A stretch of DNA of 60,582 nt, from IMG/VR virus record IMGVR_UViG_3300047094_000624, positions 1 through 60,582 of that record. The stretch is one strand, 5' to 3'. The DNA is from a virus (Duplodnaviria; Caudoviricetes). The stretch's first letter is position 1, and every line of letters begins with the position of its first letter. Positions 54,655 through 60,582 of this stretch are shown here, one piece after another. The position numbers and the translations under genes were made by a program. The notes beneath the pieces were generated by a model. The model was not told where the DNA came from. It worked only from the letters and a program-made list of their open reading frames with translations, and ran no database searches.

Positions 54655-56144
54655 TTTATCCTCCTGTGGTTTTTTATTTTCTGTGGTTTTCTACGGCTCT
54701 TTGGTTTTAGCTTTTTCTTGCCTTCACCAGAGCCGCCTCCTCCGCCGCCGCCGCCAGAGCCACCGCTTGATGGTGCTGGAGCAGGAGGAGTTGTTGTAAG
54801 AGCCATTGTTCCCAAAACTTGGGATACGATGACTGTTGCAACAACTACTTGCTGTGAGTCTTCGCGCTGCTCTTCTGTCATATCAGCGCCTAATTGACCA
54901 AGCGCTTCTAATACTTGTCCCGGATTGTCAAAGGCTTCTGCTAATAAATCAGCAGGATTATCTAGTTGTTCAAATACAAGTGCAACTCCTGCTTCTATAA
55001 TAACGCCTTCAACGTATTCAATTGGCTGATTTGGGTCTAATGCTTCAAGAAAAGCCAAAGTTTCTTCTTCATTTAATTCTTCAAGAACTTCTGATGCAGG
55101 AATAACTTCATCTAATTGATATTCGTAATCAGGATTAAATTCTTCTAAAGCCTCTTGTTGAATTTGTTCTTCTTCTGATACGATGTCAACAGGTTCTTCA
55201 ATAGGAGTAGGTTCAGGTGAAAAAGAAGGTTCTGGTTCTAGTTCTGGCTCTAATGTCTCTTCCGGCGTTGGGTCTACTAATGGTTCGTCAGGCTCTGTCA
55301 CGTCAGGTTCTGGATTTGGATTTGGGTCAATTGGATTTTGAGTCTGAGTTGGCTCAGGAGAAGGAGTAGGAGATGGCGTTTCTGTTGGGGTTGGTGTTGG
55401 GCTACTTGTTGGTGAAGGTTCTACAGGAGTTGGACTAGGTGAACTGGTTTCAGAAGGTGTTACTGTTGGCGTTGGGGTTGGCGTTACTGTTTCTGTTGGT
55501 GTAGGGGTTGCAGTAGGACTAGGTGTAGGGCTTGGAACAGGTGGTTGAGTAATAGTTTGAACACTTAATGGAAAAACTTGACCATTTTGAACATATCTAG
55601 CACCATATCTTGCACCTCCTGGTGCGTTAGAACTTACTTGATAAGTTGGAGTCCAAGTATAGTTAACTGGATTTACTTCTGCCAACATTCTTATATATAC
55701 GGGACTTCCAGTTGTTTGACCCCATACCATTACTTTCCAGTCAACGCATATAGACGTTGCAGTCGAACCATATCTAACATATAAATCATTACCATAACCC
55801 CATCCAGGGCTCCATACTCCAGGAATTTCTGAGTTAGGAAATGCATGATAATCCCAAGAACCAATTGATATAGATGGACTTGGTGGAAAAGTCCAAAATG
55901 TGTAATCTCCTACGCCAAAAGTAATTGTTCCTTTTGGACTTACATAAATATTATTTGTATAAACAGTTTCTCCCCATTTAAGGGGAGTATTTAAGTTCAT
56001 TAAAAACGCTTGGTCGCCACCGTTTACCTGATAGGTGTCACAAGGTGCTGCATTTGCAAAAGAGTCTGTAGGTTTAAATACCAAAAGAGCTGCCAGTAAA
56101 CTTGGCAGCAATAATAAAATACGTAATTTAATGTTTTTAAACAA
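54651..56144 (-). CDS. exported/membrane-anchored protein: signal peptide, NIDO-like domain, PT-rich linker, acidic region, hydrophobic helix, basic tail
   Basis: [12 protein letters not shown]; (PT)n; [11 protein letters not shown]; K/R-rich C-terminus. Confidence 0.7.
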   Translation of the reverse strand: MFKNIKLRILLLLPSLLAALLVFKPTDSFANAAPCDTYQVNGGDQAFLMNLNTPLKWGETVYTNNIYVSPKGTITFGVGDYTFWTFPPSPSISIGSWDYHAFPNSEIPGVWSPGWGYGNDLYVRYGSTATSICVDWKVMVWGQTTGSPVYIRMLAEVNPVNYTWTPTYQVSSNAPGGARYGARYVQNGQVFPLSVQTITQPPVPSPTPSPTATPTPTETVTPTPTPTVTPSETSSPSPTPVEPSPTSSPTPTPTETPSPTPSPEPTQTQNPIDPNPNPEPDVTEPDEPLVDPTPEETLEPELEPEPSFSPEPTPIEEPVDIVSEEEQIQQEALEEFNPDYEYQLDEVIPASEVLEELNEEETLAFLEALDPNQPIEYVEGVIIEAGVALVFEQLDNPADLLAEAFDNPGQVLEALGQLGADMTEEQREDSQQVVVATVIVSQVLGTMALTTTPPAPAPSSGGSGGGGGGGGSGEGKKKLKPKSRRKPQKIKNHRRIK

Positions 56145-56181
56145 GTAAAATTCTCCCGCGTACAGGTTCTATTTTACTAAA

Positions 56182-56391
56182 TTAATGAATGCTAAGTAAA
56201 CCTAACTGATTTTCAGGGTCATATAAATTAAGTGCTTTAGTTTTTAATGTAACTACAGATTTTCTAGCATGATGACCACAGAAAAGTAATTCACCATTTA
56301 TAAAAGTTGCAGATACTTGAGCTGCAGCAGAACATGCGTCACAACGGTCGTCAGACGTAAAGACTCTTTCTTGAGTCTTAGTTAGTTCCAC
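56182..56391 (-). CDS. small actinobacterial-type Zn-binding protein
   Basis: DRCDAC.A.A ... LLFCGHH. Confidence 0.75.
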   Translation of the reverse strand: MELTKTQERVFTSDDRCDACSAAAQVSATFINGELLFCGHHARKSVVTLKTKALNLYDPENQLGLLSIH

Positions 56392-56776
56392 CTTTTACCT
56401 CCGAGCCAGTTTCTATAATTTTAAACCCAACTTCTCTATCATAAAGGGCGTAATCCATAGAAACAATATCAAAACGTTCACGCAGACAATCTAATACAAA
56501 GTCTTTGTCTAAATCACCACAGGTGTATAAATCAAATTGTAATACAGATGGGTCTTTTTCATCCCAAATATGAAAAGCAATGTGTGAAGTTTCAATCATT
56601 ACAATAGCGGTTAGTCCACGATTACCTGGAACGTCTACATAAGAAGCAAATGGGCCTCTAACAATTTTCATTTTAATTTGATGAACTAGATGAATAAGAA
56701 ATTTAATAGCATCTTCTTCAGATTTAATTGGGTCTTGAACTTTAGCGTTTATCAATAAATGTTTGTGTTGTAACAC
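56378..56776 (-). CDS. speD: pyruvoyl-dependent S-adenosylmethionine decarboxylase-family proenzyme
   Basis: HLL, G.T.IV.IETSHIA.H.W, DLYTCG. Confidence 0.85.
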   Translation of the reverse strand: MLQHKHLLINAKVQDPIKSEEDAIKFLIHLVHQIKMKIVRGPFASYVDVPGNRGLTAIVMIETSHIAFHIWDEKDPSVLQFDLYTCGDLDKDFVLDCLRERFDIVSMDYALYDREVGFKIIETGSEVKGGTN

Positions 56777-56801
56777 GGTTTATGCTCCTAGTTGTGGTTT
56801 A

Positions 56802-57218
56802 TTACTTTTTACTTGCCTCGTACGCTTCACGCTTTGCTTTTAAGTCAGCAAAGTCTTTCTTTTTAGTACCACCATCATAACCCCAAGCATAGCCTGCGTC
56901 AATTAGGTGTTGGTTAAAAGAAGTCTCACTACCATCTATAAATAGATGACCTAGGATACGACCGTATTTCTCCGTAGAGTCTGGCAGCTCGGTCTTAATA
57001 ACAATCCTTTTAATATTGTCTAGGGAATGCTTTAGATAGTCTTTAACAGCTAACCCTAATTCTTTTTCAAATTTATCAATAGTGCGACTTTCTGGGGTAT
57101 CAATACCGGCTAAGCGAACTCTTTTGGTTAATGAAACATCAAATCCTAAATCAATGTCAACGTCTATAGTATCGCCGTCTACTACCTTGATAACTTTCTT
57201 TACATTATATTCGTACAT
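56802..57218 (-). CDS. thermonuclease (SNase-like)
   Basis: VVDGDT, RLAGIDTPE, KYGRIL. Confidence 0.92.
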   Translation of the reverse strand: MYEYNVKKVIKVVDGDTIDVDIDLGFDVSLTKRVRLAGIDTPESRTIDKFEKELGLAVKDYLKHSLDNIKRIVIKTELPDSTEKYGRILGHLFIDGSETSFNQHLIDAGYAWGYDGGTKKKDFADLKAKREAYEASKK

Positions 57219-57511
57219 TATTTCTCGTTTTCTTTCTTACCGGCTCTACGTTTGTTTTCTTTAGCGGTATTTTTGCTACGAGAAATGGCTCGAAGATTAC
57301 CTTTAGAGTCGTTATTGTGGTTATTGTCTTTATGGTCAACAGTAATATCTTTAGATTTAATTTTGCCGTTCTTAGACTCATAGTCAGCACGGGCTTTGTT
57401 CTTAGAAGTAGTAACCCATTTACCGCCTACCTTTTTCTTGTAAACATAAATAGGGCGACCACCATTAGCTTTAGAACCTTTGTAAGGTCCAAATTTTTTT
57501 GTTTCAGCCAT
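57218..57511 (-). CDS. HNH endonuclease-like protein
   Basis: VDHKDNN..ND...NL....S.N. Confidence 0.75.
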   Translation of the reverse strand: MAETKKFGPYKGSKANGGRPIYVYKKKVGGKWVTTSKNKARADYESKNGKIKSKDITVDHKDNNHNNDSKGNLRAISRSKNTAKENKRRAGKKENEK

Positions 57512-57513
57512 TG

Positions 57514-57738
57514 TTAGATAAGAGCTTGTCGTGCTTCGTCGTTATCTTGAGCGCCTCTTGTAAATTCAGTCATGCTTCTTCCAGCGTTCATTCCCATATT
57601 AAAAGCTGCGCCTTGTGCATAATTCTTTACACCGCTTTTAATTACGCTTTGTGCAGTTGTTTTTGAAAATTGTGCGCCAACGGATTTTGCAACTGTTGGC
57701 CCAACTATTCTTGCTGCAATTGCTGCTAGTGGCAACAT
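57514..57738 (-). CDS. hypothetical protein
   Basis: SD GAGG; 74 aa. Confidence 0.6.
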   Translation of the reverse strand: MLPLAAIAARIVGPTVAKSVGAQFSKTTAQSVIKSGVKNYAQGAAFNMGMNAGRSMTEFTRGAQDNDEARQALI

Positions 57739-57740
57739 AC

Positions 57741-57956
57741 TTACCTCATATCCATATTGCGTTTTGAACGGTTTAAAATATCTTTTGAATTCTCATTAAG
57801 CATATAGCCTTGATAGCTTGGTCGAGGTCCCGAAAACATTCCTTTATTAATATTACGCCACTGTGAAGTAGAAAGTTTTTTTGACGCGGGTAAATTTTGT
57901 GTAACTACACCGCTTCGGTATGCGCGGGTTGCACCTAATGCTGGGTCGTAAATCAT
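57741..57956 (-). CDS. hypothetical protein
   Basis: ATGA overlap. Confidence 0.6.
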   Translation of the reverse strand: MIYDPALGATRAYRSGVVTQNLPASKKLSTSQWRNINKGMFSGPRPSYQGYMLNENSKDILNRSKRNMDMR

Positions 57957-58183
57957 CTTTTAGCTCTCTTCATTAAATCTCCGCTAATTGGTTGGTTTAC
58001 TAAATCAGAAACTTTGCGTGTGTCTGTTCCTTTAGCAAGTCTGTAGGTATGCACATCTTCTGCAGTTGGCATTCCTGTTTCTTCTCTGTGGGAAGCGTCT
58101 TTAGCACGTCTTACTAGTTCAGTATCGTCTTGACCTTTTCTAAAGATAACTTGACGAGATTCTTTACCGTTTCTAGCTCTCAC
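57953..58183 (-). CDS. hypothetical protein
   Basis: TAGTG coupling; QPISGD motif. Confidence 0.6.
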   Translation of the reverse strand: MRARNGKESRQVIFRKGQDDTELVRRAKDASHREETGMPTAEDVHTYRLAKGTDTRKVSDLVNQPISGDLMKRAKR

Positions 58184-58368
58184 TAGTATCCGCCTTTACC
58201 TTTTAACTTTCCTGAAGACTTGCCTTTTTTACCTTTAGGAATGTAATCTCCACTGATTGGTTGAGACTGCCCTCTTTGATTTAAAGCTTCTAAAGTACTA
58301 ACTCTAGGGTTAATTGCAAATACTGCATTAGTTCTATTTCCTAATTCAAATTCAACTTGTCTTGACAT
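58183..58368 (-). CDS. hypothetical protein
   Basis: TAATG coupling; QPISGD motif. Confidence 0.6.
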   Translation of the reverse strand: MSRQVEFELGNRTNAVFAINPRVSTLEALNQRGQSQPISGDYIPKGKKGKSSGKLKGKGGY

Positions 58369-58553
58369 TAGTCTTTATTCCAATCGAAGAGTGGTGTTTC
58401 TTTTTCTACTTTGTTTAAATTTTCTTTTAATTGTGTTTTACGTTGCAATGCTTTGAAAGCAGGATGATTTGAACCAGGAGCAGTCATTCCTTCTTTACGC
58501 GCACGAAACTGTGCTAAGTCTACTACTTTATCAAATTGGCTACTGTGTTCCAT
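58368..58553 (-). CDS. hypothetical protein
   Basis: VVDLAQFRARK motif; leaderless-type start. Confidence 0.6.
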   Translation of the reverse strand: MEHSSQFDKVVDLAQFRARKEGMTAPGSNHPAFKALQRKTQLKENLNKVEKETPLFDWNKD

Positions 58554-58580
58554 GTCTTTAATTATTGCAGATTTTTAAAG

Positions 58581-58805
58581 CTATTCGGGGGTTAATGACT
58601 TAAGGTGTTCGTCTTGCGCATTGTCCAGCAGATTTAGCAGAATTAGCGAATTATGCTTGTGGTAGCGAACAAAATGAACGTACCAGCCCACATAGCTCTT
58701 TATGCCCATAGCACAGCCATTGTTCAAATCCTGATAGACGAGGTGAGCAAATTTACCCACATCGTCTTTACGGTACTCTTGTTCCAAGAGCCAAGTTGTA
58801 AACAT
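58581..58805 (-). CDS. YozE SAM-like protein
   Basis: F..WL..Q..R.D.VG.FA..V..D. Confidence 0.65.
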   Translation of the reverse strand: MFTTWLLEQEYRKDDVGKFAHLVYQDLNNGCAMGIKSYVGWYVHFVRYHKHNSLILLNLLDNAQDEHLKSLTPE

Positions 58806-58849
58806 ATAAGCAAAATATCACAAACCCCCGAATATGCTAGGCTTAAGGT

Positions 58850-58939
58850 ATGTCAGAAGAAGAATTAAATAAGATATTAGAGCTTTTAGGCAAGGCTATG
58901 AAAGAGAGACTGGAGGAATCCCAAGCATGGGACAAGTAA
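58850..58939 (+). CDS. 29-aa helical protein
   Basis: Read by hand: MSEEELNKILELLGKAMKERLEESQAWDK; TGc-TAGGCT-N6-ATG. Confidence 0.5.
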   Translation: MSEEELNKILELLGKAMKERLEESQAWDK

Positions 58940-59088
58940 CCCCCAACGCATTCTGCCCACATTGCAACAAAAGCACAAAAATGTTATCCCCCAAAGAAGT
59001 TGTCAAAGAGAAATTCACTATGGTCTTAGGTACTTGCCAAGATTGTGGAAACCGCTCATTCATTATCAAATCGGCTACTGCCCACTAA
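58927..59088 (+). CDS. 53-aa zinc-ribbon protein
   Basis: CPHC...GTCQDCG; SD GGAGG. Confidence 0.65.
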   Translation: MGQVTPNAFCPHCNKSTKMLSPKEVVKEKFTMVLGTCQDCGNRSFIIKSATAH

Positions 59089-59164
59089 ATTAACCTTTTA
59101 GTCATCCGTAAAGCCTGGCGGGCATGTCCGATTTGTCCGTATTTAAGGGTGGGGGGTATGAGAC

Positions 59165-59178
59165 CGAACATGTGTTCG
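59165..59178. promoter_or_regulatory. LexA (SOS) box, Gram-positive/actinobacterial type
   Basis: CGAAC-ATGT-GTTCG(A) with perfect palindromic arms, intergenic. Confidence 0.65.
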
Positions 59179-59271
59179 ATTATAACAATTTGATAACGTC
59201 TCTAGTATTGTCGGCTAGTGGGTGTATCTTAGATACATGAAGCAAAAGTTGTTTCATAGTTAGGGGTTAGC

Positions 59272-59478
59272 ATGACATATATTCCGTATCAAACCCGTAT
59301 GCTCATGGCAGGTGACAGCCTACCATGTCCGTATTGTTCCACACCATTAACCATTGAACAATATCAAGATGGTTATCGTGTGGGGTTACCTGAACACTTA
59401 GAGTCTGGCGAGTGCCATGTCAATAGTGTTAATGAGGCAATTGAGGAACGCAAGTTTGACCCGACTGGGGGTGTGTAA
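59272..59478 (+). CDS. early-region Zn-finger protein
   Basis: CPYC...H....C; SD GGGG. Confidence 0.6.
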   Translation: MTYIPYQTRMLMAGDSLPCPYCSTPLTIEQYQDGYRVGLPEHLESGECHVNSVNEAIEERKFDPTGGV

Positions 59479-59660
59479 TGCCTGTTACATATCTCCACGA
59501 CGATATCCTCGAATGTCCTAATTGTCTACACACTTGGGACTATGACGCACGCAATAGTGGCGAGCACGAGATTGTCACTATCAATTGCCCACAATGCAAT
59601 GAACCTAATCAGTATGAGACTGACGAGGTTGATATCCCTTACGGAGACGACTACCTATGA
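59478..59660 (+). CDS. early-region Zn-ribbon protein
   Basis: CPNC...CPQC; TAATG coupling. Confidence 0.65.
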   Translation: MPVTYLHDDILECPNCLHTWDYDARNSGEHEIVTINCPQCNEPNQYETDEVDIPYGDDYL

Positions 59661-59758
59661 AACTAACCAAAAGAGGCGAGTTCGTAGTGTGGTATGTAGT
59701 TCCGATAGTAATAGGGTTAGTAATAGGACTAGCCCTAACTAATTTCAACTGGTACTAA
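59657..59758 (+). CDS. 33-aa membrane peptide
   Basis: Read by hand: MKLTKRGEFVVWYVVPIVIGLVIGLALTNFNWY; ATGA overlap. Confidence 0.6.
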   Translation: MKLTKRGEFVVWYVVPIVIGLVIGLALTNFNWY

Positions 59759-59772
59759 GAAAAGGACAAGCA

Positions 59773-60036
59773 ATGACTAAAAGAATAAACGCCCGACTAG
59801 CAATGAATGAGATAGTACACAAGCGTGAATTTAACGCTGGTAATTTCTGGGGCAAGTGGTCAGACGACGAGGGACAAGGCGAATACCAAGTCTATTCATA
59901 TCGTCAATGTATCGGCACTTATTACTTAGCCGATGAAAAGTGGATACTAGATACCCAAAAGTATTCAATGACTACAAGCAAGCACCAAAACTATCTCAAG
60001 CGTGCAGTTAACACGCCAGACTTGGCGCTGGTATGA
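59773..60036 (+). CDS. early-region hypothetical protein
   Basis: Y.VYSY...I ... YS.TTSKHQ motif; SD AAGGA. Confidence 0.7.
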   Translation: MTKRINARLAMNEIVHKREFNAGNFWGKWSDDEGQGEYQVYSYRQCIGTYYLADEKWILDTQKYSMTTSKHQNYLKRAVNTPDLALV

Positions 60037-60221
60037 ACTCACAATGTAAGCAATGTGGAAGTGAGGGCGACCTACTAGTCGCCCTCACTAAACACAAGAT
60101 ATGTGGCAAGTGCACACGCATTAGACACAAGCAAGCAATGGGTGAGATTGATAACCTTATTGCTAATCTAAACAAGCAAGGCGAATTGTTAGACCAACTC
60201 TATGGAAAGGACAACAAGTGA
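60033..60221 (+). CDS. early-region Zn-finger protein
   Basis: CKQC...CGKC. Confidence 0.6.
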   Translation: MNSQCKQCGSEGDLLVALTKHKICGKCTRIRHKQAMGEIDNLIANLNKQGELLDQLYGKDNK

Positions 60222-60358
60222 AAACCAAGGAAGTAATAGATGTATTCGAGTGCGAGGGTTGTAAGACCAACCTAGATATAGATGATGTAGTCGGTCGTAT
60301 TACATACATGAATGGACTCTATGGGTTCTGGTGCTTTACATGTTGGAGTAACCGATGA
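60218..60358 (+). CDS. 46-aa Zn-finger protein
   Basis: Read by hand: CEGC...CFTC; GTGA overlap, SD AAGGA. Confidence 0.55.
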   Translation: MKTKEVIDVFECEGCKTNLDIDDVVGRITYMNGLYGFWCFTCWSNR

Positions 60359-60534
60359 ACTACGCACCTGACACAATCGAGCGCATGCTACATATTGTGC
60401 AAGATAATATGGAAGCTGACCCAAGGTTACAGATAGTATCTAACTTGTTAGATGACTTACTACTACGAGGCGTGATAGACATAATCACACCAGGTGGTAT
60501 AGTTGATAACGAAATAGAAAAAGGTTTCTGCTAA
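60355..60534 (+). CDS. 59-aa hypothetical protein
   Basis: Read by hand; ATGA overlap, SD GGAG. Confidence 0.55.
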   Translation: MNYAPDTIERMLHIVQDNMEADPRLQIVSNLLDDLLLRGVIDIITPGGIVDNEIEKGFC

Positions 60535-60551
60535 CCCCGGAAAACAACAAG

Positions 60552-60579
60552 GCCGCCCTCACGGGCGGCTTTTTTGTTT
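60552..60579 (+). terminator. intrinsic terminator
   Basis: GCCGCCC-TCAC-GGGCGGC followed by TTTTTTGTTT. Confidence 0.9.
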
Positions 60580-60582
60580 GTG

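Noticed and set aside
57218-57511. Intron- or intein-associated homing endonuclease
   Set aside because: Free-standing gene coupled to its neighbours; no interrupted gene or intron structure seen.
1-60582. Alternative genetic code / stop-codon reassignment
   Set aside because: Core genes are full length in the standard code and TAA, TAG and TGA all serve as stops; no suppressor tRNA.

Overview
AT-rich fragment of a large contractile-tailed (myovirus-type) dsDNA phage. An actinobacterial host is inferred from a WhiB regulator, a CGAAC-N4-GTTCG LexA box, many leaderless genes and CCA-less tRNAs; low-GC freshwater Actinobacteria are plausible but unproven. Nearly the whole late region lies on the minus strand: terminase, portal, scaffold, N4-gp56-type major capsid, head-tail adaptors, a ~19 kb array of G-X-Q collagen, Gly-rich and beta-helix fibre genes, sheath, tube, chaperone, tape measure and baseplate. 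The window also holds tRNA-Asn and tRNA-Thr, a lysis cassette, accessory genes (SpeD-like decarboxylase, FkbM, SNase, HNH) and, from ~59.1 kb, plus-strand early-type genes. Best leads: (1) a probable +1 ribosomal frameshift at UUU_CGC extending the tail chaperone; (2) a Cys-ladder 'knob' fibre tip with its own putative maturation genes; (3) a candidate anti-Shine-Dalgarno small RNA beside the tRNAs; (4) a small beta-domain inserted repeatedly into loops of core virion proteins; (5) a modular collagen-fibre system with repeated joints and C-terminal LLMGA docking peptides; (6) a TTTAG(G/C) late-promoter motif. All family calls come from motif recognition by eye, not database searches.
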